Shown here: in pieces, positions 13,293 to 24,590 of the stretch | Layout of the letters: every line of letters starts with the position of its first letter | How positions within the stretch are numbered: position 1 is the stretch's first letter | Assembly (NCBI RefSeq): GCF_001194135.2 | Contig: NC_068986.1 | Coordinates: 6,732,373-6,796,372, forward strand | DNA: 64,000 nt | Source of the DNA: Octopus bimaculoides | Lineage: Eukaryota | Direction of reading: 5' to 3' | Position numbers and translations under genes: made by a program | The notes under the pieces: model-generated | The model's input: the letters and a program-made list of their open reading frames with translations, nothing else | Database searches by the model: none | What the model was told of the DNA's origin: nothing

Positions 13293-13499
13293 GTATTCAA
13301 GATTTTCTTCTAATTCTCTTTCTTTTGCCTCAAGGGCAAGCCGACGATTAAATCTTTTTTCATCAGCTAAGTTTTCTAATCTGTTACAAAACTTGTGCAA
13401 ATTCTCTTCTTTTAACTGTTTAATTGTGTTTTCTCGTATTCCATCCTGTCTGCACATAAGAGCAATTCTCTTTTCTGTCTGCTGCTGCTGAAGTTTCTT
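13293..13499 (-). CDS. MNS1: MNS1 exon 2 (207 nt)
   Basis: ttttttcag|AAG...TAC|gtaag. Encodes KKLQQQQTEKRIALMCRQDGIRENTIKQLKEENLHKFCNRLENLADEKRFNRRLALEAKERELEENLEY, a coiled coil whose length and position match the MNS1 N-terminus. Confidence 0.85.
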
Positions 13500-14777
13500 C
13501 TGAAAAAATATCAGAGAATAAAAACAAAAAACAAAAGATGACTTTAAATCCCTTGAAAGCAACTGAGAAATCAATGGCTACATTTACATAGTTTAAAATT
13601 ATTATTTTTAAACTACCAAATCATAAAATCAACACTTACCCATAAACCTCAACTTGTCCCCATACTCAAAATAGATTCTTTTCTTCAACTCCCCGCCCAT
13701 CCCCAAAATATGTTTGTTCCTATATCCCAAATATAAAGGATTTTATGGCAGAGGTAAAGAATACGAACACCACCCATTTTTGGCGTAACGAAAACCTGGT
13801 TAATATAAAGATCCTCACTCGGGAACAAAAAACAAAAATTAACCAGCCTGGTGAGTGTTAACAAGTGTGTGGAAAACGAATATAAAAAAAAATGTGCGCT
13901 GACGACCCTGGGGGTGGGGAGGGGACTTCTACCCTTTGGAAAAGATTTTCCCCACAAATTACTTTATAATCGTAATGTATGCCGTTTGAAAGGTATTTCT
14001 ATAAAATTTCATTGAAAAAAACCCCATTTTCCTAAAAGTTATGAGGGAAAAACTCGGATCTTGTGAATTTTCCGAAGTCCTCTCCCCTTTCGCAATTTTT
14101 TTTTTTCATATTTGTTTTCTACACATTGTTTTACACCCATTCCAGTACTGGGGGGGAGGGTNNNNNNNNNNNNNNNNNNNNNNNNNNNNNNNNNNNNNNN
14201 NNNNNNNNNNNNNNNNNNNNNNNNNNNNNNNNNNNNNNNNNNNNNNNNNNNNNNNNNNNNNNNNNNNNNNNNNNNNNNNNNNNNNNNNNNNNNNNNNNNN
14301 NNNNNNNNNNNNNNNNNNNNNNNNNNNNNNNNNNNNNNNNNNNNNNNNNNNNNNNNNNNNNNNNNNNNNNNNNNNNNNNNNNNNNNNNNNNNNNNNNNNN
14401 NNNNNNNNNNNNNNNNNNNNNNNNNNNNNNNNNNNNNNNNNNNNNNNNNNNNNNNNNNNNNNNNNNNNNNNNNNNNNNNNNNNNNNNNNNNNNNNNNNNN
14501 NNNNNNNNNNNNNNNNNNNNNNNNNNNNNNNNNNNNNNNNNNNNNNNNNNNNNNNNNNNNNNNNNNNNNNNNNNNNNNNNNNNNNNNNNNNNNNNNNNNN
14601 NNNNNNNNNNNNNNNNNNNNNNNNNNNNNNNNNNNNNNNNNNNNNNNNNNNNNNNNNNNNNNNNNNNNNNNNNNNNNNNNNNNNNNNNNNNNNNNNNNNN
14701 NNNNNNNNNNNNNNNNNNNNNNNNNNNNNNNNNNNNNNNNNNNNNNNNNNNNNNNNNNNNNNNNNNNNNNNNNNNNC

Positions 14778-15098
14778 AGACCGGGCGTTGTGAGTGTTTA
14801 TTGAGCGAAAACACCTAAAGCTCCACGAGGCTCTGGCAGGGGATGGTGGCGAACCCTGCTGTACTCTTCCCCCACAACTTTCTCTCCCTCTTACTTCCTG
14901 TTTCTGTTGTGCCTGTAATTCAAAGGGTCAGCCTTGTCACACTGTGTCACGCTGAATATCCCCCGAGAATTATGTTATGGGTACACGTGTCTGTGGAGTG
15001 CTCAGCCACTTGCACGTTAATTTCTCGAGCAGGCTGTTCCGTTGATAGGATCAACTGGAACCCTCGACGTCGTAAGCGACGGAGTGCCAACAACAATA
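14778..15098 (+). mobile_element. SINE of the third family; its 5' end lies in the N-gap
   Basis: Reverse-complement homology to 43885-44160. Confidence 0.8.
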
Positions 15099-15394
15099 AG
15101 CTGTTGTACAAAAAGTTGAGAGTTAGAACCGACACTGAACTGGTAACCCCACTTAAATTATGTTGTTAATGTACATGTCAAATATATATTACCAATATTA
15201 GCATTATAAATTTGAAACACTATTGTATCGTTAAACTTAGTCATTTGATTTGTTTCTCCCGCATTTTTCACGAAAGTTAATTCGTTGCTAACTGACTTTC
15301 GATGAATTCAACGAGCACAATCAATATAGAGTAAGATGAACTTACAGAACCCTCCAAACGTTAAGGAAATAGTAGACTTAGACATTTAACTTAC

Positions 15395-15397
15395 CAT
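15395..15397 (-). CDS. MNS1: MNS1 coding exon 1 (ATG only)
   Basis: The minus strand reads atcATG|gtaagtt, a perfect donor in phase 0. It joins the phase-0 start of exon 2, which has no in-frame Met before KKLQQQ. Confidence 0.7.
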
Positions 15398-15503
15398 GAT
15401 ATAATGTGTGTGTGTGTCTAGTCAGAGATAAGTCAACAAATTATAGAAACTTTACTACGAGACGCGTAAGTTTAGCACAGTTTGACATGGTTGATGAGAT
15501 GAA

Positions 15504-15522
15504 CCTAGCAACCGTTACTAGG
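15504..15522. promoter_or_regulatory. Paired RFX/X-box half sites upstream of MNS1
   Basis: CCTAGCAAC-C-GTTACTAGG is a near-perfect palindrome made of two RGYAAC-containing half sites, about 107 bp upstream of the MNS1 ATG. Confidence 0.6.
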
Positions 15523-16139
15523 AAGAGGCTATCACATGATTGTTAGTGACCAATAACAACAGCTCTTCTGGCACTGGACCGTCATGCAAAAATTACTGTT
15601 GAGGAGAGGCAAAATATATGAAAAACTTCGGACTCCAGAAAATTATTGCTGGTCAGCATCGCGAAAAATAACATTAAATTTTTTGCATTTGTTTAGAATC
15701 TAAATCCTAGATTTCCACCTTCCCCAATTTCACACAACACCGCCTGTCAAAACGAACAGTGTTTGTCAATTGGTAAAAGATAGAACGAGAAAGTAAATAC
15801 CAAGGTTTAGTGCCCCAACTGAGCATAGTTCCATGACCGAAGCTAATAAGGAAATAAAAGAATATAAATTAAAGTTGTTGCTTAGCTCGTCAATCCAGAT
15901 TGAGCAAACTTATAACGTAAAGTAATCCAACCGTGGCCTTCTCAACCTTTTCCTAAGTCCAAGGTACTCTGGTTCACATGTAAGATGGTACAGTGAGATT
16001 TGGCTACTGTTTCTTACAGTTTGAGCAATTACGGAGAGGTTGTTATTAATTTGTGTTAAAGTGAGAAGAGCATTACATCATACTAGCATACCCGTGTCTG
16101 TAAAAATGCCGACAGTTTTATTAATGAGAGAAAATGGCA

Positions 16140-16505
16140 CGTCAACACAATGGGACGTAAAAAGCACTATTTGTGTGCGATCGTTTCCAGCTTCGCCTTA
16201 CTGGCACTTGTGCCGGTGGCATGTGAACAAAACATTGGACTGACTCCTCTGCAGGTGGCACGTAAAAAAACACACCATGTGAGCGTGGCCATTGCCAGTA
16301 CTGCCTGACTGACCCTCGTGCTGGTGGCATGTAAAAAGCACCCACTACACTCTCTGAGTGGTTGGCATTAGGAAGGGCATCCAGCTGTAGAAACTCTGCC
16401 AGATCAGATTGGAGTCTGGTGTAGCCATCTGGTTCACCAGTCCTCAGTCAAATCGTCCAACCCATGCTAGCATGGAAAGTGTACGTTAAATGATGATGAT
16501 GATGT
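16140..16505 (+). mobile_element. RTE 3'-tail copy
   Basis: Same 3' UTR and (GAT)n tail as the 12495-13145 copy. Confidence 0.88.
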
Positions 16506-17089
16506 ATGTATATGTAAAAGTGTGTATATATGTTTGTATTTATATTTATAACTTAACCTTATGAACTTTCTAAACTCTCTGACGAAGCCCAGTGACACAC
16601 CCAGGTACCTTAATCTTATCTACCAAATATTTCAGTTCATTGAAGGGATGGAAGTAGAGTGGGGTACTATGGCCTCTTGGCTGAAACAGCTGTAAGAGAC
16701 CATCCTACTTTCTATGGTCTACATTATATATTTTACTGGTATTTTTATATATTATATTATATGTAAAGCATAATATGTTATACATGTATGTATATTGTTA
16801 TATTGGTTTTTTTTTAATAAATAAATAGACATAATATAATGTCTAAAAGTTGATGAATACCACCTCTTGATCCCCTCCATTTTCTTCTTGCTGTATAAAT
16901 TAAGGGTAAAACAACTTTTTACTCTCACCCATTTATTGCATTCAGTAGTGTAATTGCCATGCAATGAATAAACACTTGTGTATTAATAATTGGGTTTTCT
17001 ACCAGCAGTATATTGGATAGATATTATCCCTTAGTTGGTTGGATTCATAACCTCTAACTCTCTTGGAATTATGTGTGTGTGTGGTAGAA

Positions 17090-17870
17090 ATCTACGGATG
17101 CACAAACGTACAAAACGGAGAAATTGAAACAAATATGGACGAATAGTTCAGAAACACCCACGAGTGGGCGACAGTTCTCAAAAATAGCCCCCAATTGTTT
17201 TCCCCCCAAAATTCCCATGTCCTCGGAATCTGCATAGTCTGAAGTATATTTGTAGAGAATTTCATTACAAAATATCCATTTTCTTGAAAGTTAAGACGAA
17301 TTGAAGTGGACCGAAATTCCCCACCCAACCCCTCCTAAAATACTTTCCCCCAAAATTTTGTATATTCGGAATCTACATGATATAACACATATTCGTAGAC
17401 AATTTCATTAAAAATATCCATTTTTCTGAAAGTTATGATCATCCAAAGTTGGTGGCGCAGATATCTGTAGTTATCTCGATTCAAAAATACATAAAATGAG
17501 TTGTGCAAGTAAAAAAAAGTTCGTCCATATTCTGAGAAATATTTCAAATTTGAATTTATACCCACTAGCCACGATAAACTGTCACTAAATTATGGGCGAA
17601 AAACTCGGATCTTATGAATTTTCCGAAGGCCTCTCCCCACACCTTAGAAAAGATTTTCCCACAAATTTCTTTATAGTCATAATCTATGCAGGTTGAAAGG
17701 TATTTATATAAAATTTCATTTTAAAAAAACATTTCCCTAAAAGTTAAGGGAAAAACTCGGATCTTGTAAATTTTCCGAAGTCCTCCCCACCCCATTGCTT
17801 TTCATGCATTGTTTTCAAATTCATTTCCTACACATTTTTTTTACATCCGTTGTACTACATATATATTTTT
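17090..17870. repeat. Unclassified interspersed repeat, partly homologous to 13930-14130
   Basis: Shared segments gaaaaactcggatcttgt(g/a)aattttccgaag and aaaagattttccc. Confidence 0.65.
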
Positions 17871-18169
17871 TTATTTTGTTTCCGGGGAATATTGTAAACA
17901 TTAACCAAATTTTGAATAACAAAAATTGGCGATCTTTCGATACGAGTCCGAAATATCGGCCTTTTCCGTAAAAAGTGTCTTCGGGGATCTTTACCAAAGA
18001 TCGGCCTTTTCTGTAACACCCGCACGATCTTCACAGTTTATTCCTACAAAAGAATGTCTCACAGATCATTGTAGTTATGAAATGGTACACAGAGAACAAC
18101 TTCACATGACATCAAGAAGAGGCATTTACTTACAAACTATACTTATCATTAGTATAAATGTAAACTTCA

Positions 18170-18611
18170 TCATCATCATCATCATCGTTTAACGTCCGCT
18201 TTCCATGCTAGCATGGGTTGGACGACTTGACTGAGGACTGGTGAAACCGGATGGCAACACCAGGCTCCAATCTAAATTTGCCAGAGTTTCTACAGCTGGA
18301 TGCCCTTCCTAACGCCAACCACTCAGAGAGTGTAGTAGGTGCTTTTACGTGTCACCTGCACGAAGGCCAGTCAGGCGGTACTGGCAACAGCCATACTCGA
18401 AATGGTGTCTTTTATGTGCCACCCGCACAAGCCAGTCCAGGGGCACTGGCAACGATCTCACTTGGCTTGCCAGGTCTTCTCACGCACAGCACATTTCCAA
18501 AGGTCTCGGTCAGTAGTCATCGCCTCGGTGAGGCCCAATGTACGAAGGTCTTGCCTCACCACCTCAGCCCAGATCTTCCTGGGCCTACCTCTTCCATGGG
18601 TTCCCTCAACT
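18170..18611 (-). mobile_element. Young 5'-truncated RTE LINE
   Basis: Near-identical reverse complement of the 12650-13145 copy, with a (CAT)n tail. Confidence 0.93.
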
Positions 18612-18712
18612 TGTAATCTGGATATAGAAGCTGGAAGTTTTGAAGCAGTTTTCCAGTCAAATTCTTTCTCTTTGATTTTCAAAGAGATATTCACATCAGC
18701 AGGACAGCTAAT

Positions 18713-19986
18713 GGATCTTTTCTGTTTGGCTTCCAATTTTGAATCTTCAATTTCTGTTAGAATTAATTTCATATTCAGTATAATGATATACTTTTATATG
18801 CTGAATGCCATGAAAATCATTTTTGCCATAAATCAATAAAGAGTTATTAGCTATTAAATTCTGAAAATTTTGGGTAATTTTAGCCAATCGTAAGCCACAG
18901 ACACATTCATGCCTGCTTCCATAGAAACAAGCCAAACATGAGAACTCTTGAGAAAGCACATGTTGATTAATATTCCAGTCATTGAGGTGGTTGTCGAATG
19001 TGCTAAAAAAAGCAGCCAAATAGGCATTAAATCATGCACCAGAAGGGGATGTGGTTTCGTACTTGCAAGAAAAGGGTGCTATACTCAAAAGAAAATTATG
19101 CAACATGAAGAAGCATTTTAAGAGCACAAGAAAATGTGGTGGGAATATATCTTGGCGATGCTTGTATCAAGGATGCATAGAGTTTGTGCCAGTGAGACTG
19201 TAGGACTATAGTGTTTTTCCTCATGGGTTAAGGAATTGACTTCAGTATGGTTTTGTGGTGAAGAAGTGGGGATAAACCATTGCACAGCTATTGATTATAA
19301 CAACTATGTTAGGAAAGTATGTGTGGAGGGCCTGCCTATCATCCAATTAAAGTTGGTGGTCTTGGGAGGATTGTTGAGATGTTTGTTTTTAAAAATATAT
19401 AATTTGTAATGTGCCATTTTGTTCTTGGATAAATCTTTTAAGTTTGTGCTATAAGTTTCTTATTTTGAGAAATGTTTAATTTGTAATGTGCTGTTTATTG
19501 CATTAAATGCATATTGAATGCTTAAAACTACAAAATACATGTTGTTCACTCGTTTTTTTGTTATTGAGGTGGTTGTCATCTGTGCTAGAAATCACAGCTA
19601 AATAGGTCTTAAATCACCCCCCACCAACAATTTGGTGGTGGGGGGGGGCATAGTTGTATGAATTCCTGCATGTAGACTACAAATTTGCAAAACTTTTCTG
19701 AAAATTTCAAGAATTAAAAAAGTTATGGGGGGTTTTATATGTTGTGCATAATTCATTTGTTTACAGTTTCATATAAAAACATAAGTGCTACTTTCAGGAT
19801 GTTGACAAAGTGTGCAGTCATGCATAAAACGATATCTTCCAAATCCTGTTTACTAACTAAGCGAAAATGATCAAACTGCTATAGCTCCAGTATTTCAGCT
19901 TGTAAAATAACATTAACGTACCTAATTTTAAAATTTTCAATAAACTTTGATTTTTGAAATCTTGGCAGCCAAACAGAAAAGATCTT
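18713..19986 (+). mobile_element. Merlin (IS1595/ISXO2-like) DNA transposon remnant
   Basis: Inverted ends GATCTTTTCTGTTTGGCT(T/G)CCAA. The internal frameshifted peptide SWVKELTSVWFCGEEVGINHCTAIDYNNYVRKVC...PIKVGGLGRIVE resembles Merlin DWxNxxREVC...IGGPGxIVEIDE. Confidence 0.72.
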
Positions 19987-20169
19987 ATGATGGTACATGC
20001 TCTTTCTTGTTCATCCTAAACAACAATATCAGACCTGTTATGCTTACATTTGACAGATGCTTTGATGGGAATGTTCCACCACAATTCCTTGTGCTGATTT
20101 TTGTGTACTTATTCAATAACTGGGACTCTCCATATTTATTCCAGGACAGTCTTTTTTTAAATGGTGTTG

Positions 20170-20400
20170 TATATTGTTTTCACATAGGGAGGTAGTACCT
20201 TGATGACATTTTTGGGCAGCTGCTAATCATATGTGTGATGTTTTCCACAAAAATATGACATAATCTACATTTTTGCTTGTCTCTTGGAACTTTTTTGTTG
20301 AGTATGTATGTATGCATGCATGTGAGGCATAATGTATATGTGTTATTATTAACTTCGATTTCTAGATTTCTTGTCAATGGATAAAGTGCTGGTTTCTAAC
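20170..20400 (-). mobile_element. R4/NeSL-like non-LTR zinc-knuckle fragment
   Basis: KCRLCHIFVENITHMISSCPKMSSRYYLP matches the CRxC...ExxxHxxSxC CCHC motif of RLE elements. Confidence 0.6.
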
Positions 20401-20987
20401 TTAGATCTAAGGTTCCTTTATTGAAATTTTAAAATCAACAAGGTATTACTGCATGTTTGTGTGAATGTGGGCAATGTTTGGAGTCAGTGTATGCACATAT
20501 TTGTTTTGTTTTATGTATGTATTCTCCTGTATATAGTTGCAAGTCTAAACATGTGTATATATACTTAAATGCTAAACTTATGGCAAGTTTTATATATTTT
20601 GACCACTTCATTGATGGCTTGCATCTCTAATCTAATTAGCTTTCTCCTTTCAGGTTTTGAAAATCCCAATTTCTTAAGATTGCCACTGAGGCATTTTGTT
20701 ACTTATTCTAGTGCCTCAATAATTATGGGTATGAATCTGAACTTTCTTTTATATATGTAAGCATTTATTTAATTTTAATTGTTTACAGTTAATTTTCATG
20801 AAAAGAAAACGAATACAAATAATTTAACGGTAAGATTAACAAAATCCAAATTTCCGAATGTTCTATGCAACAAAACATGAACAGGAATATATTTTGCAAA
20901 AGAAAAACAAGACAAGAAAGGGGCAAAAAGGTAAGAAAAAACATGAAAGCAGTACCAAGTGCTTCGGTTGGTCACACACCACAAGGT

Positions 20988-21750
20988 TCAACAGAACCTA
21001 CTGAAGGAAGCCAGCATGCTCACGGCATTATCACAGGCAATGGTGAAACTAAGGCATTGGAAAAACCAAGCACCTTCATAGGCATCACCTGTCACCTCAG
21101 TGAGGTAAGTTGCCAACGATGACAAAAACGGTGCTGTTAGTAGTCCAGTCCCTCCAAACATCTCAAATGCCACAGGCTGGAAAAGATAGTTCGCTGCCAG
21201 GTCCCGATACTTCAGGGTTTTGTTCCATTTGGCTATGGAAGCAGTGACCCTCCCACTTATTGCAGCATCCAGGATGTGGGAGGGAGCAAAAGAGTCAGAG
21301 ACTGTGGCATCCCAGATGGGGCACCCACTTACCCAGAGGGCAGAGGGTAAGACCATCTGGTATTTTTCCGTCACTTCTTGGATAATCCCGTCTGCTCCAG
21401 AACTGAGGGGGTATTGATCTGAGCCAGGGCCCTCTTAATGATTAAGTTTAGCTTGATGTGACAAGCAAAATGACCAGCATTTAGGTAGCAAGACAGACTG
21501 TGAAGACCTGTGGGATCGAGTGGTCTACCACAGCAACATCTCAGTCCCCTACAGATGTCAGCTCCCACTCTGAGAGCAATGGAGATGTGGAGCTCATATA
21601 GACTGAGTGGACCTCCAAAGTTGGCCAGAGGCAGGACATCAATCCAGTCTCCATAAGAATCTGAACTTGTAATCCGAGTAGCTGTAAATTTCTCAATAGT
21701 CCAGTTGTTTCCTTTTTCGTGGATCTTTAGCTTTATGTTGACATCCACTG
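20988..21750 (-). mobile_element. CRE-like non-LTR retrotransposon 3' fragment (zinc knuckle + restriction-like endonuclease)
   Basis: CCCGRPLDPTGLHSLSC...H..LNLIIKRAL; WDATVSD; KYRDLAANYLFQPVAFE.FGG; TGD..E...QCLSF.IA.DNA.SML. Confidence 0.8.
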
Positions 21751-22749
21751 GGCAACTAAATTCCTACTACTGTACGTTTCACTTCTCTGTCTCAGATCAT
21801 GATATCTGGTGTATTGTTTGTATTTTATAGATGTTTTCACTAGGACATCCCACCAGTACTCTTTCATATTATTCTACCACGTTATGGATTCTGCCAAAGG
21901 ATCTCATTAGTCTTGGTTACATCAGGTTTCATCGGTAGATAATAACACGATGACGTTTTTGAATAACTGCTTATGATGTGTATTTTCAATTTTTTTTATC
22001 TATGTATGTATGTAATGTGTGTGTGAGCGAGAGAGAGAGAGAGAGAGAGAGAGAGGCAGAGAATTTCAAAATTGTCTCAAATCAAAATGTAATACATTCC
22101 CTAGTTTTTACTTGGAATGTTTTGCATTCAATTAGCATTTTTATAACGAATTCGAAATTATTTATCTGTTTATTCCATGATTAATATAGTTTTAATCTGT
22201 GTAAGCGCTGTATAGCCAGAGGCCACGGCCACTGGAGAAACTTGGTTAAATATGTTTTAAAACACTACGATTATATTGACCAGTTATGTCGACGTATATG
22301 TCACTCCCTTCCTCTGTCAAGTACGCTGTTTTCCTATACAAATTTAAAGCAAACTCGAGAGCCGACTCTAACGTCCACCCCAATCGTCTTCTACTGTTGA
22401 GAACTTATGAAAATGGTTTGCCTCATAAACTTTACAATACAAATATTAAAAGAAAATATAGTCATAAAATACCAAATTACAACAATGATCATAAGGGGGA
22501 GGAATGTTGAATATTTGTCTTTTCATTTCCTCGGTGTTCAAACGCATGCGTATCAGTTAATTAGGTCAGTTTTACCTGTCAGGTGTCAGTGAGATGAAAA
22601 TGTTCAGGTAGAACGTTACTGACTCATATATATTTGACGAAGTTATTAAATTTGTTAAACGTTTCTACCTGACCTAGAAACTTGTTTTTAGAACGTTAAC
22701 TTAAAAACAACTTTTACTGTTTGTTAGAACAAAAATTAAAGCAGAAATC

Positions 22750-23076
22750 ATGGGTAAAGATTTAGATATGGATACCCTGACGGCCTACAGTCATTATTTA
22801 CATGGAAGAATTAAAGAACAGTTAAACTCTTTGAACATAGGACCTGGTCGGTTTTATTTTCTGTCTGCAGTATCGTTCTTCATTTTGGGATTGATTTGCA
22901 TGATAGTTGGCATTTTGGTTATTACCCTCCGACATCGTCACGTTTATTTAATCAACTTTGACTACAAGTTTCTTGGACCTGGATTCATTGTTATCTTCAT
23001 TTTGTGCTTTGGAATAGGAACTCATTTATTGGTTCACGCAAAAGAAGTAACCAACAAATATCGTCGTAAACTTCGA
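22750..23076 (+). CDS. Unrecognised 2-TM membrane protein, coding exon 1 (109 aa)
   Basis: ATG...CGA|gtaagt. Two hydrophobic spans (FYFLSAVSFFILGLICMIVGILVITL and FLGPGFIVIFILCFGIGTHLLV) are followed by basic KYRRKLR. Confidence 0.85.
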
Positions 23077-24590
23077 GTAAGTAACATTTAAATTATATCA
23101 TTCAAACTCATTGTTTAAATTGAAATCATTTATATAGTAACATGAACGTTTTGTACAAGTTTCATGGCATTAATTTAAGCATTTTGAATATTTTTAAAAC
23201 TTTCGTTGTCTTCCAAAATCCTAATTTTTATGTTAGATATTCTGTATAAATTCTCACTAATGTATAAATTAGGCTCATATATATAATCTCAATAGGCCCG
23301 ATTTTTAAGTTACTTGATTCCTGAAGGAATAGGTCTGTCTCTATGCGCTAAAATAACTGTTCGAAACAGATTTAGAAAGTCACTTAAGTCTTATATTATA
23401 GGACACATGATTTATGGGATAGACATGTGTTTCCGATTTTACTTCCACTATATGGCATTTTCAGAAAATGTCTTCTATTTATAAACCGTAGGTCAACTCT
23501 GGACGGAAATTGTGTCCATCTGGTGGACTGTACTAGTTTTTGAATGGTATCCTTAATTTGTTGCATGTTTTAATACCATAACTTGGTAAGGAGACCAAGT
23601 ACGCAATTTATTCCCCAAACTCAGATAATCTGCAAAATAAATAACTTCACAACTGCTCTTTTCTTTTAGTGAAACTAATATATATATAGGCATGGAACGG
23701 GTAGAAATCACCCGACCTCAGCTAATACATATAACACTTTTACCACCACTAGTTTCTTCCTACAGAACTTATCCTATATGGTTTCACATGGCTGTTGTTT
23801 ATCGTGATATCCATTGGATTCAACAGGTTCATGAATAATTTAATATTTCAAAGTATTGGATACTTTTTCAGGGAAATGTTTCTGTAAAGAGAATAACCAA
23901 ACATGACGGAAACTATGAAATGTTTCTAGTTTCTGTAAATACAAAAGAGAAACAGATTTAATTTATTATGTATAATATGAAGCAAATTAAGTAAATATTG
24001 TGTGAATATAGAGCAAATAAGGTAAACGTATTGTAACCGTTTATATTTAATGTTCTTGATCTTGGGTATAAAACGGGAGCGACAAAGCAACCGAAAATAA
24101 CTTAATTCCAAAATAACTGGCGAAAAGGAGCAAAATTATTTTTTAAGTTTTATTTTTAATAATATTGAACTTCATTTAAGATCCGTCAGTTACCTAACAT
24201 CCTACCTCAAAGTATGGAGTGGATTTCTTCAACTCCATTAGCAAGTTAAAGATTTCGAGAGCCTTCTCAATCAGTGGAAATGTCTTTGTATGTGGTTGAA
24301 TTTAAAGAAGAATCACTTATAATTAATCTCTCATGAACTGGTTTAACAATACTATTCCCCTCACAATATCCAATGACAATTGAATTCACAGAATCTACAA
24401 TTCGCTGATTCGCTAAGTGTTAGGTATCTTTAGCTGATGTCCTTCAGGAATTCTTCTATATCTTATGTTCATTGTATGTGTTCAACAGTTGTTATATTGA
24501 TAATTGTAAGAGAAAGCTATCCTGTTTATAGCTCCCTGGAAGATCGCCACCCCATTTGTTGCTCAAAACAGGAGCCTCAAAAGCTATATA

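Noticed and set aside
7110-14818. Long ORFs containing X runs (7110-7727, 12510-13075, 14041-14818), also 33657-34085
   Set aside because: They are open only because they cross assembly N-gaps or microsatellites.
22286-22510. 74-aa ORF upstream of the orphan gene as an extra coding exon
   Set aside because: There is no recognisable motif and no phase-compatible splice into 22750. It is more likely promoter or 5' UTR.
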